This document shows positions 27,825 through 37,346 of a stretch of 64,000 nucleotides of DNA, one piece after another (positions within the stretch are counted from its first letter, which is position 1; each line of letters opens with the position of its first letter). Under the pieces are notes generated by a model. The model was not told where the DNA came from. It did no database searches and worked only from the letters and a program-made list of their open reading frames with translations. This DNA comes from a virus, in IMG/VR virus record IMGVR_UViG_3300014204_000170, positions 9,717 through 73,716 of that record; one strand, given 5' to 3'. Both the position numbers and the translations under genes were made by a program.

Positions 27825-28199
27825 ATGCAAAATATACCAACAATTATAGAACAAACAATTAGCGTCTTAAGTGAAAAGTTTGGCGTAGTAGGAACACGAC
27901 TCTGGGCTGTATTAATTAAACAATCTTATATAGATGGATGGACAAACATAGCAGGAACAATTATATTCCTAATACTTATTATAGGAGGAATTATACTATT
28001 TAAAAGAGGTGATAAAGAATACAAAATGAAAGATAAATGGGATCATGACCCAAGTGGATGGTGGATATCGAGAATGGTTGTATTAACTTTTAGTTCAATA
28101 GGAATAATGTTTAGTATTACAGGAGCAATAAATGACTTTGCTAATCCAGAATATCAAGCAATTCAAACTATTTTATCAGCAACTAGTCAGCAAAAATAA
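27825..28199 (+). CDS. small membrane protein (2 TM helices)
   Basis: 124 aa with two hydrophobic segments. Confidence 0.45.
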   Translation: MQNIPTIIEQTISVLSEKFGVVGTRLWAVLIKQSYIDGWTNIAGTIIFLILIIGGIILFKRGDKEYKMKDKWDHDPSGWWISRMVVLTFSSIGIMFSITGAINDFANPEYQAIQTILSATSQQK

Positions 28200-28208
28200 T
28201 TATTAACA

Positions 28209-28456
28209 TTGTGAACTGAATGTAAGTGTGGCGAAATTAGACTAACGCAAGATTCTACTAATAGCTTAGTGCTACGAAGTAATCAGCGACGGCCAATAGG
28301 CAGACATTGATTACAGGCTTATGTTCCCAACAAATTATATCCGTGGATTTCGGAGAACCTATTGCGGTTCTATGATGAAAAACTCGAATTTAACCATGAA
28401 CACATAAATATCTTACTATAAAGTGAAAATCTTTATCACTTACATTCAGTTCACAA
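28209..28456. mobile_element. 248-bp element bounded by perfect 20-bp terminal inverted repeats (MITE-like or long-stem structured RNA)
   Basis: TTGTGAACTGAATGTAAGTG at 28209-28228 is the exact reverse complement of CACTTACATTCAGTTCACAA at 28437-28456. The interior is GC-richer than its surroundings and has no ORF. Confidence 0.45.
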
Positions 28457-28471
28457 TAAACAACAAAATAT

Positions 28472-28726
28472 ATGAAAGTAGAAGCAAGAATAAGTTCAAC
28501 AGAAAACAAAATAGTTGACATTGTTCCAAACAGTGAAAAAATATGTAGTTGTGGAGCAAAAATACTTTACAAGGTTACATATATAAACAAAAAAGGTGAA
28601 CGAACATGGACACCAATAGTAGAAATAGAGGAAGAAATAAAAATGTTAGATAACACAGTTAAAAAATTTATTATTAAGAAAAACCATTTTATAGATTGCC
28701 CAGACTGGAAACTATATCACAAATAA
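28472..28726 (+). CDS. hypothetical protein
   Basis: 84-aa ORF with a Cys pair. Confidence 0.4.
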   Translation: MKVEARISSTENKIVDIVPNSEKICSCGAKILYKVTYINKKGERTWTPIVEIEEEIKMLDNTVKKFIIKKNHFIDCPDWKLYHK

Positions 28727-28727
28727 C

Positions 28728-29411
28728 ATGCCTAAAATCAAAAAAGAATTAATACAATATAAAGGAGAAGATAAAGAAATAATCAGAAAAAAGATAATAG
28801 AAACAATTAATAAAGAATATGAAAAAGACCCAACAACAACATTCCTTGATTTATTCGGAGAAGGAGAATCATATAACCAAGTAAGAAAAGAAACAAAAGC
28901 AAGAATACTATCCATTGATAATAATCCTACAATAGCAAAAAAAATGAGAACATTACCAGATACAAGATTTATCTCAATTTATGATTTATGTATCGAGGCA
29001 AGAGAAAGCTTCAATGTAATGTATCTAGATTATTGTGGAATACTAAAAGAAGGAGGAGATATAGAAAAAGATTTAATGGTATTACCAAATATAATGAAAG
29101 ATAAGGGTGTATTATTCTTAACATTATCAATGCGAGACATAGACTACGACAAAGGAACAGATAGACATATGATGGAAAGAGCAATAGTATCAACAATAGC
29201 TCATGATTTTATGATTAATAAAGTCAAAATAGAAAGAATGTACACAGCAAAATATAAATCATTTGCTACAATAAAAGGAAAAAGAAAAAAGGGTAATTAT
29301 ACACCAATGAAAGTATACAAATTTTTATGGGAAAAAGTTATCGAACGAATAGACACAATTCCATTCAAATTTGATGACACATTAATTCTACCAACAGATA
29401 TAACAGATTAA
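28728..29411 (+). CDS. hypothetical protein, possible SAM-methyltransferase-like fold
   Basis: FLDLFGEGESY resembles the glycine-rich motif I of Rossmann-fold methyltransferases; the assignment is weak. Confidence 0.3.
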   Translation: MPKIKKELIQYKGEDKEIIRKKIIETINKEYEKDPTTTFLDLFGEGESYNQVRKETKARILSIDNNPTIAKKMRTLPDTRFISIYDLCIEARESFNVMYLDYCGILKEGGDIEKDLMVLPNIMKDKGVLFLTLSMRDIDYDKGTDRHMMERAIVSTIAHDFMINKVKIERMYTAKYKSFATIKGKRKKGNYTPMKVYKFLWEKVIERIDTIPFKFDDTLILPTDITD

Positions 29412-29543
29412 TAATTAAATAAGTAAGGAAAGTCACTTGTCCCCATATTGTAATGATATGGTGCACTTTATTGTGAATATATATCTCCAGACATATATTG
29501 AAGCGGTTAGAGAACGGGGTGACCATTTGAGCTATGATTCGGT

Positions 29544-29978
29544 TTGGCTCATACATTAATAACAACAAAATATATGAAAACATATAAAATGATATACAAA
29601 GTATTATTAACAAATTGTGAAATAATAGAAGCACCTACGTATAAAATAGCTGAAGAAAAATTCACAAAATTAATGAAAAAAACAAATCCTTTTAAATTAC
29701 CAAATAAAATTCCTAAAAACATAACCTTCGAAGATTACATGATAACAGGATCATTTATAGAAAAAAACTGTTCACACTGTCATCAACCTATAAAAGATAA
29801 AACAATATCAAAAATAAATTTAACAGCAGAACTAGAATCTAAGCTAACAAATGAACAATGGACATTATATGATCAATTAAAAACATTACAATTTGAAGAA
29901 GAATACGAAGAAAAAAACAAAAACAAAAAAACAAAACTAGGTAAAAAAAGCCAGATAGACACATCATGTTACCTATAA
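29544..29978 (+). CDS. hypothetical protein
   Basis: 144-aa ORF. Confidence 0.4.
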   Translation: MAHTLITTKYMKTYKMIYKVLLTNCEIIEAPTYKIAEEKFTKLMKKTNPFKLPNKIPKNITFEDYMITGSFIEKNCSHCHQPIKDKTISKINLTAELESKLTNEQWTLYDQLKTLQFEEEYEEKNKNKKTKLGKKSQIDTSCYL

Positions 29979-30018
29979 ATCACAACATTAACCATTAACA
30001 ATAATAACATTTAAAACA

Positions 30019-30246
30019 ATGACAAACTTTCACCTATGTGCAAAACCAACATGTTTAAAGCAAACAGACAACTATTTTTGCGATAAACATATAAAAGCTT
30101 ACAACAAAACATGGCATTATAAAATTAGTAGATTTAATACATGGCCAAAAAACATGATATCTGGTCGACCAATAAAACTATTTGGTATTTATCTATTCTG
30201 CATAATGCATATAGCTAACAAAGATTACCAATGGCAAAACAATTAA
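30019..30246 (+). CDS. small Cys-rich (zinc-binding) protein
   Basis: CAKPTCLKQTDNYFCDKH. Confidence 0.35.
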   Translation: MTNFHLCAKPTCLKQTDNYFCDKHIKAYNKTWHYKISRFNTWPKNMISGRPIKLFGIYLFCIMHIANKDYQWQNN

Positions 30247-30261
30247 TAATTAAATAAATAT

Positions 30262-30606
30262 ATGATAGACATAAACGGATTAGATTGTTGTGGAATTAAA
30301 GAAATCGTTGATATAGACAATTATACTGAAAATCCAAAACAGATAATATTAGATATATGTGAAGATTACTATAAGGAAGAACATATGTGTGCATTTTACA
30401 TATTCTCAGATATACAAAAGAAAAAAGCAGGAAAAAACTTAAAAAACTTCATTCAAAAAAATAAACTAGGATTAATAACATTATCACCAATAAGAATTAA
30501 CCCTAACTCAGGTAATTCATTAAGAGTCTACTTATGGACAATAGACAAAAAGAATCTTAAACAATATTGGCATAAAAACAATAATTACGATGTTGATGAA
30601 TATTAA
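30262..30606 (+). CDS. hypothetical protein
   Basis: 114-aa ORF. Confidence 0.4.
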   Translation: MIDINGLDCCGIKEIVDIDNYTENPKQIILDICEDYYKEEHMCAFYIFSDIQKKKAGKNLKNFIQKNKLGLITLSPIRINPNSGNSLRVYLWTIDKKNLKQYWHKNNNYDVDEY

Positions 30607-31783
30607 AAACTTATTATTAAAATATATGAATAAACAAAAAGAAAAAGAAAAAAAACCTCCATTAACTGAAAAAATACAACCATATACAGTTACATTTGGC
30701 TGTGATCCTGAATTCTTCTTTGAAAGAAAAGGTAAAATAATAGGCTCTGAAAAAGTAATAAACATAGAAAAAGGATTAACTGTTAAAAAAGATATAAGAA
30801 AAAATGTAAATGGTAGCACAGGCAATGGAAACGATAGTAAATTTATTGTAGATGGAGTTCAAGCTGAAATTAATCCAAAACCAGATACATGTAGAGCAAG
30901 ATTAGGTAATGAAATATCTCAATGCTTTAGAACATTATATGAAACAATAAAAGCAGATCCTGAATTATCTATAAATTTCTTACCAACAGTTAAAGTAAGC
31001 AAGGCAGAACTTATGTCTCTCAATGAAAAATCTCGCATATTTGGCTGTTCACCTAGCAAAAACGCTGATAAGAAATCACAAAATGTTGTTGCTTTAAAGG
31101 ATCCAGCAAAATATAAATATCGCAGTGCAGGAGGACACATACACTTAGGAGCAAGTGGATACGACACACAAGTCAAAAGTATTATGAAAGAACCTGCAAG
31201 ACTAGTCCAAATAATGGATATCTTAGTAGGAAACACTTGTGTATTAATAGACCGAGATCCAGGTAACAAAGAAAGACGCAAAGTATATGGTAGAGCAGGA
31301 GAATATCGCACTCCTATGTATGGAATAGAATACAGAACATTAAGTAACTTCTGGTTGAGAGCATATCCATTAATGTCATTTGTTATGAACCTATCAAGAT
31401 TATCTGTAGATGTAATGGCAAGTTCAATACCAGGAAGAGATTTTGAAAGAGAATTATTAAGTTTAGTAGACATAAAGAAAATTCGTAAAGCTATTAATAC
31501 AAATGATTTTAAATTAGCTTGGAATAATTTTCAAGCCATTAAAGGATTCATTGCTAGAACAATGGATAAAGGAGGAGATAATTTCCCATTAACAGCTAAT
31601 AATTTGGCAGCATTTGAATTTTTTGTATCAAAAGGTATAGATTTCTGGTTTAAAGAAGATCCAATTGAACACTGGATGAAAATTCCTGAAGGTCATACAT
31701 GTGGCTGGGAAAACTTCTTAATCAATGTAGTAACACCTGTAATGATAGAAGAAATTCCAAGTCCTACACCAGATGTAAAATAA
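30590..31783 (+). CDS. glutamine-synthetase-like amidoligase family protein (paralog 1)
   Basis: Shares the motifs FGCDPEFFFE, AEINPKP and GGHIHLGAS with the ORF at 38476-40143. This pattern is consistent with phage carboxylate-amine (amidoligase) enzymes. No search was run. Confidence 0.45.
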   Translation: MLMNIKNLLLKYMNKQKEKEKKPPLTEKIQPYTVTFGCDPEFFFERKGKIIGSEKVINIEKGLTVKKDIRKNVNGSTGNGNDSKFIVDGVQAEINPKPDTCRARLGNEISQCFRTLYETIKADPELSINFLPTVKVSKAELMSLNEKSRIFGCSPSKNADKKSQNVVALKDPAKYKYRSAGGHIHLGASGYDTQVKSIMKEPARLVQIMDILVGNTCVLIDRDPGNKERRKVYGRAGEYRTPMYGIEYRTLSNFWLRAYPLMSFVMNLSRLSVDVMASSIPGRDFERELLSLVDIKKIRKAINTNDFKLAWNNFQAIKGFIARTMDKGGDNFPLTANNLAAFEFFVSKGIDFWFKEDPIEHWMKIPEGHTCGWENFLINVVTPVMIEEIPSPTPDVK

Positions 31784-31785
31784 AA

Positions 31786-32130
31786 ATGAAAATTGCATTT
31801 GACATAGACGATACACTAATTATTCCTAGTGTAATTACAGAAGATAGAGATGTACCAAACTATGATACAATCACTATTTATAATTGGTTTCAAGCTCAAG
31901 GAAATCAAATGATACTCTGGTCAGGAAGTGGAATAGATTGGGCACAAACATGGGGAGAAAAATTAGGTCTTCAACCATTCACTGTTCAAAAAAAAGAAAA
32001 AGATTTATCAATAGATCTAGCTTTCGATGATTGTAATGTAGATCTAGCAAAAATTAACATTAAAGTAAAAAGAATTAATAACTCAATTAGTCGTAAAGAA
32101 TGGAATAACACTAAAAAAATCAATGAATAA
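31786..32130 (+). CDS. HAD-like hydrolase
   Basis: The true start is probably MKIAFDIDDTLIIP (DxDxT motif) at 31786, not the upstream in-frame ATG at 31699 reported in the ORF track. Confidence 0.5.
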   Translation: MKIAFDIDDTLIIPSVITEDRDVPNYDTITIYNWFQAQGNQMILWSGSGIDWAQTWGEKLGLQPFTVQKKEKDLSIDLAFDDCNVDLAKINIKVKRINNSISRKEWNNTKKINE

Positions 32131-32611
32131 TATAAAACCTCTATCACCAAAACAACAAATTCAAGAAGACAAAAGACTCGCAAAAGCAAAAATCAAACAA
32201 CAAAAAGAAGATGCAGATGAAAGAATAAAGAAACAAGAAGCAGTTAGAACAATCAAAAAAGTTCTTAATATATACAAAACAAATTTCAAAGATTTATTAA
32301 AATTAGCAAAAAAAGAAATACCAGCTAAAGGTATTTCAACAAAAGCATTACACACAATATTAGGAACAAAAATAAAACAAAAACCAAAAGAATGTAATCA
32401 TTGCCACATAAAAACAGAAAACAACACATCACTATGTAATGAATGTAAAAAAATACCAAAATGCGATAGTTGTGAAATTATAATGGGATACTGGGAAATT
32501 AACAATGACACCAAAGAAAAAGAATTACGATTTACTGCATTCGATAAACCGAGCCACTTAAAACCAACAATTTGTGAAGGATGTTACGAGATAGAACAAG
32601 AAGAAAAATAA
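32123..32611 (+). CDS. zinc-finger protein
   Basis: CNHCH...CNEC...CDSC...CEGC. Confidence 0.4.
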   Translation: MNNIKPLSPKQQIQEDKRLAKAKIKQQKEDADERIKKQEAVRTIKKVLNIYKTNFKDLLKLAKKEIPAKGISTKALHTILGTKIKQKPKECNHCHIKTENNTSLCNECKKIPKCDSCEIIMGYWEINNDTKEKELRFTAFDKPSHLKPTICEGCYEIEQEEK

Positions 32612-32742
32612 TATGAAAGAAATATATTATCTATTCGCAGTAATCTATACATTCATAATCTGGGGAATTGGATGGGGAATAGTGTCAATATTCCTCCCAA
32701 TCTTCCCATTAATAGACTTAGTTAAATACTTATTCAAATAAT

Positions 32743-32994
32743 ATGGAAATCAAATATTTAGAAGTATTATTAATGCCAAACGGAGAAATACTAAATAAAG
32801 GTAAAACAATAGGATATATAAATAACCTAGAAAAATATATCAAAAAAGAAAAAGATATATTAAAAGATTCATTTGTTAAATATCTCGTCGATAATGATAT
32901 TAGAAATGACAATGGATTAAAATCATTATTTGATCTTTTTACAGAATACCCACAAGAATGGGATAATTTTATAGAAGATTTAATAGCCTCATAA
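32743..32994 (+). CDS. hypothetical protein
   Basis: 83-aa ORF. Confidence 0.35.
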   Translation: MEIKYLEVLLMPNGEILNKGKTIGYINNLEKYIKKEKDILKDSFVKYLVDNDIRNDNGLKSLFDLFTEYPQEWDNFIEDLIAS

Positions 32995-32995
32995 T

Positions 32996-34192
32996 ATGAA
33001 AGAAATTACAACAGAAAAACTACCAATAAAAATGTGGTTAGAAGAAATTGAAGAAGGAGCAATGGAACAAATAAAACATTTAGCCAATCTTCCTTTTGCA
33101 TTTAAACATATAGCTATTATGCCTGATTCACACCAAGGATTCGGAATGGTAATCGGAGGAGTATGCGCAACTAAAGATGTAATATGTCCCAATATGGTTG
33201 GTGTGGATATTGGATGTGGAATGTGTGCAGTTAAAACAAATCTTACAGAAATAAATACAGAAACTCTTAAAATAATTATGGGAGAAATAAGAAAATATAT
33301 TCCAATAGGATTTAATAAACATAACACAACTCAAAACTCATCACTAATGCCATATATATTAAATCCAGAATATCATCCATCAGGAACATTATCAAAAACA
33401 TGTCCAATTGTAGCAAGAGAATTTGGAAATGCCTTATTATCTATAGGAACATTAGGAGGAGGAAATCACTTCATTGAAATTCAAAAAGGTTCAGATGGAC
33501 ACATATGGATAATGATTCACTCAGGAAGCAGAAATCTAGGAAAACAAGTAGCTGATCATTATAACAAATTAGCTATTAAATTAAATGAAAAATGGCATTC
33601 AAGTATCCCAAAAGAATGGGAACTAGCTTTCTTACCAATTAATAGCGAAGAAGGACAAGCATATCTAAAAGAAATGCAATATTGTGTAGACTTCGCTTTT
33701 GCTAATAGAAAATTAATGATGTCTCGCGTCATAAATTGCTTTAAAGAAATACTTAAAAGCGAAAACTTCAAAGAGCTAGAATTCATTAATATCGCTCATA
33801 ATTATGCATCACTCGAACACCATTTCGGTAAAGAGGTCTGGATACACCGTAAAGGGGCTACACTTGCTACACAAGACACTATCGGTATTATTCCAGGGTC
33901 GCAAGGTACAAAAAGTTATATCGTTAGAGGTAAAGGAAACATATTCTCCTTTAATTCCTGCTCACATGGAGCTGGTCGTAAAATGGGAAGAAAGGAAGCT
34001 GAAAGGACCCTTAATCTCGAAGAAGAAGTTAAAAAACTAAATGATCAAGGTATCCTGCACTCAATAAGAGGAACGAAAGAATTAGATGAAGCACCTGGAG
34101 CTTATAAAAACATAAATACAGTAATGAAAAATCAAGAAGATTTAGTCGATATTCTTGTAGAACTAACACCATTAGGAGTTATTAAAGGTTAA
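32996..34192 (+). CDS. rtcB: RtcB-family RNA ligase
   Basis: 398 aa with conserved RtcB blocks: MPDSHQGFG, HSGSRNLG, HNYASLEHHFG, GSQGT, and SCSHGAGR near the C-terminus. Confidence 0.8.
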   Translation: MKEITTEKLPIKMWLEEIEEGAMEQIKHLANLPFAFKHIAIMPDSHQGFGMVIGGVCATKDVICPNMVGVDIGCGMCAVKTNLTEINTETLKIIMGEIRKYIPIGFNKHNTTQNSSLMPYILNPEYHPSGTLSKTCPIVAREFGNALLSIGTLGGGNHFIEIQKGSDGHIWIMIHSGSRNLGKQVADHYNKLAIKLNEKWHSSIPKEWELAFLPINSEEGQAYLKEMQYCVDFAFANRKLMMSRVINCFKEILKSENFKELEFINIAHNYASLEHHFGKEVWIHRKGATLATQDTIGIIPGSQGTKSYIVRGKGNIFSFNSCSHGAGRKMGRKEAERTLNLEEEVKKLNDQGILHSIRGTKELDEAPGAYKNINTVMKNQEDLVDILVELTPLGVIKG

Positions 34193-34771
34193 ATTAACTA
34201 GTGTGTAAGGTTCTGGGCAGTTATTAATTTACAAAGAAGTTCGCAACAATAATGTCTGCCACGTGGAAACGTAATCCTCGTGAGACCAAGTTTATTAGAC
34301 AGTCAGCGTAAGCTGTTACATAAGGAAAATTAAAAAATATTAATATATATACGGATTGATCGTCAATATAGATATTAAAAATATTTAATTAGATATATAG
34401 TCAACTAAACACTTATAAGTAAATTAATTCTAACCCAGAGCCTTGCACACTAATAAATATATGACAAAATTAACATACATACTAATAGGATTAATTATAG
34501 GTATGCCAATAGGAGCAATAGCTATAATGTTAGGTTATTTATCAGGTAAAAAATAATTATTAATAATAGCACTAATCAACTTAAGATTAGGAATTACATA
34601 TGCCAGAATTAGAAGGAGTTTTATCAATCAAAGACTCAGAAGGAAATTTAATCGCAATAGTATACAACGACATTAAAAGAAAATCGCAAGTTTTCTTTAC
34701 AGTAAAAGAATGTGGAGCTGAAGATATTAAAATGTTATTAGAAGACTTATTAGTTAAAAATAATACATAAT

Positions 34772-35092
34772 ATGACCTGCTTAGCAGATAGATATTTAAT
34801 CCCTAAACAATTAAAGAAAACAACACATTACACAGATGAACAAAGAGCAAATGTAAAAATCCTTTATGAAAAAGGAAATAGCATTCGCTCCATATCTCGT
34901 GAAATACCAATGAGTCGAAGAATGGTACAATTTATACTTTTTCCAGAACGTGCATTATTAGCTAAAACAAACTTTGCCAAACGACAAAAAGACGGAAGAT
35001 ATAGATACACCACACAAACACAAAGTCAATTAGTTCAAGAAGTTAGAAGTCGAAAACGTAAAATGTTAGATAACTTAATTAAAAAAACATGA
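34772..35092 (+). CDS. hypothetical basic protein
   Basis: 106-aa ORF. Confidence 0.35.
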   Translation: MTCLADRYLIPKQLKKTTHYTDEQRANVKILYEKGNSIRSISREIPMSRRMVQFILFPERALLAKTNFAKRQKDGRYRYTTQTQSQLVQEVRSRKRKMLDNLIKKT

Positions 35093-35958
35093 AATACTTA
35101 GTTGGCATAACAGCCTCAAAAAGCAAAATTCAAAACTTCATAAACGATGCTTATATAAAAGCATTTACAACAGACAACACAACACCAATCATTGTTCCAA
35201 ATTTATTTGAAACAAAAAATGAAATTGTAACAAAAGAAGATAAAAAGAACCTACAAGCTAATATAATTAAATTAGCTGAAACACTAGACGCATTAGTTCT
35301 TTCAGGAGGAGTAGATTTAAATCCAGTTTTCTACAATAATAAAATAGAAGATTCATGTTCCTTTAATTTTCATAGAGATTATATGGAAACAGAATTAATC
35401 AAAGAATTCATTAAAAGAAAAAAACCAATATTAGGAATATGTAGAGGATTCCAACTTCTTGGACTGTCTTTTAACTTAAATTACTTTCAACAAGATATAT
35501 CAATCTCAAAAGAAAAACACAATGGAATACAAAGTGATATAAATGTTAGAACAGAACCAATGCATAGTGTATTTGTATTTGGTGAATTCAAAGAATATTG
35601 CAAAAAAATGGGAATGGAAGAACCAAAAATGCTCACAAACTCATGGCACGAACAAGGATTCACATTATTGCCAGATGGAAATAGAATCAAAAATAAAGAC
35701 ATAGAAAAATTTATAACAGGAACAGAGGAATTCAAAGATAAAACAAATCTAATACTAAATAGTTTTCCTGAAGTAAATGTAATAATGTCTACAAATTATG
35801 TAATAGAAGGATTTGAACATAAAACATTTCCAATATTAGCATTCCAAAACCATCCAGAAGAATACTCAAATAGTGTGGCGATAAACTATTTTATAGAAAA
35901 ATACATAATTAAACTCTATGAAGAAAAAAATAAAAAAACAACCGAAAAAACAACCTAA
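35089..35958 (+). CDS. peptidase C26 / class-I glutamine amidotransferase-like gamma-glutamyl hydrolase
   Basis: LVLSGGVDLNP, PILGICRGFQLLG (nucleophilic Cys) and FQNHPEE (His-Glu) are typical of GATase1/gamma-glutamyl hydrolases. Confidence 0.6.
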   Translation: MKYLVGITASKSKIQNFINDAYIKAFTTDNTTPIIVPNLFETKNEIVTKEDKKNLQANIIKLAETLDALVLSGGVDLNPVFYNNKIEDSCSFNFHRDYMETELIKEFIKRKKPILGICRGFQLLGLSFNLNYFQQDISISKEKHNGIQSDINVRTEPMHSVFVFGEFKEYCKKMGMEEPKMLTNSWHEQGFTLLPDGNRIKNKDIEKFITGTEEFKDKTNLILNSFPEVNVIMSTNYVIEGFEHKTFPILAFQNHPEEYSNSVAINYFIEKYIIKLYEEKNKKTTEKTT

Positions 35959-36364
35959 AAAACCTAAAGCAAAAAAAATACAATCGATCGATTTGTATGA
36001 CGCAGATCATCCACTAAGGAGAACAGCTATTGAAATAATAGAAAATATCATAGAACCATTAATGCAAAGAGGTATAAATGGAGAAAGATATTATAAATTA
36101 GAAGATGATCTAACATTAACAATGAATAAAAGATTATTAAGATTCCTCAAAAAACCAATAATCGGAGACATCAAAAAACAAAATAAATTAAAATTAAATG
36201 AAAATAGAAATCCAGATTGTGACTTTGATCCATATGGAGCTCATTTTGATATAGACGAAAACGATGAAGAAAATTTTGATGATAACGATGATGATAATAA
36301 TGATTTTACTTTAGGTGATGCATATGAAAACATATTAGGACCAAAAGGTTATCCATCATTTTAA
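35918..36364 (+). CDS. hypothetical protein with acidic Asp/Asn-rich tail
   Basis: 148-aa ORF. Confidence 0.35.
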   Translation: MKKKIKKQPKKQPKKPKAKKIQSIDLYDADHPLRRTAIEIIENIIEPLMQRGINGERYYKLEDDLTLTMNKRLLRFLKKPIIGDIKKQNKLKLNENRNPDCDFDPYGAHFDIDENDEENFDDNDDDNNDFTLGDAYENILGPKGYPSF

Positions 36365-36386
36365 TTAATAATCAAAAATAATCAAT

Positions 36387-36797
36387 ATGGGATTTGATTT
36401 AATGGGACAAAAAGCAAAAAACAAAAAAGGAGAATACTTCAGAAATAATGTATGGTGGTGGAGAAATCTATGGTTCTTTGTTTGCTTAAACTGCGGAAGA
36501 TTCCTAACAAGAGAAGAAATGGATTATGGTAATTGGAACGCAGGAAAAAAAATAGTAAAACCAAAAGCTGGAAAAATCGTAAAAAAACTAAAAGAAACAA
36601 TAGAAAACGGAACAGCTAAAAAATTTGAAATAGAAATATCTAAAATAATAATAACTGCAAAAATACACAACAGAAAACTAGAAAAAGGAATGACTGACCC
36701 AAATTATGAAATAAACGAACATTATCCATTCACGGTCGAAAACTTAAAAGGATTTATACAATTCGTAGAAAATAGTGGCGGATTTCGAATCTTTTAA
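36387..36797 (+). CDS. hypothetical protein
   Basis: 136-aa ORF. Confidence 0.35.
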   Translation: MGFDLMGQKAKNKKGEYFRNNVWWWRNLWFFVCLNCGRFLTREEMDYGNWNAGKKIVKPKAGKIVKKLKETIENGTAKKFEIEISKIIITAKIHNRKLEKGMTDPNYEINEHYPFTVENLKGFIQFVENSGGFRIF

Positions 36798-37344
36798 TAA
36801 CAAAAATAAAAAAAATAAAATGTGGAAATGCCCAAATTGCAATAATGAAGTAGACCATTTACAATACAGCGTAAACACTTGTTCAAATGAATATGGAACT
36901 GCAGATTTATCAGATAAAAAAGAAATAGGAAAAAGAAACATAGTATGTGATTATAATTCAGATGATTATGGAGATAGTGATTGGAATGGTGATCCTGAAT
37001 ACACATGCCCAGAATGTGACGATGAAATAGACCCAGAAGACTTAATATGGGAAAATGATAATGAGGAAAACGAAGAAGAAAAACCAAAAACAGAACCAGA
37101 ACCAGAAGAAACACTACATAAAATTATAACTCCATTAAAAAATATAATAAAAACAGACTTACCAAAATCAATAAAAGGTTCAATAATATGTAAAAATAAA
37201 AAATGTCTCCATATCTTCGTAGTCGAAGAAGAAAAATATAAATGTCTAGGAGATAATGATGAAGTAACATTTGAATGCCCAAAATGTTCAACATCAATGA
37301 CACATGAAGAATATGAAAACTTACTAGATAATGATTATTACTAA
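36775..37344 (+). CDS. zinc-ribbon protein with acidic C-terminus ending ...DNDYY
   Basis: Three CxxC...CxxC pairs. Confidence 0.4.
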   Translation: MADFESFNNKNKKNKMWKCPNCNNEVDHLQYSVNTCSNEYGTADLSDKKEIGKRNIVCDYNSDDYGDSDWNGDPEYTCPECDDEIDPEDLIWENDNEENEEEKPKTEPEPEETLHKIITPLKNIIKTDLPKSIKGSIICKNKKCLHIFVVEEEKYKCLGDNDEVTFECPKCSTSMTHEEYENLLDNDYY

Positions 37345-37346
37345 TT

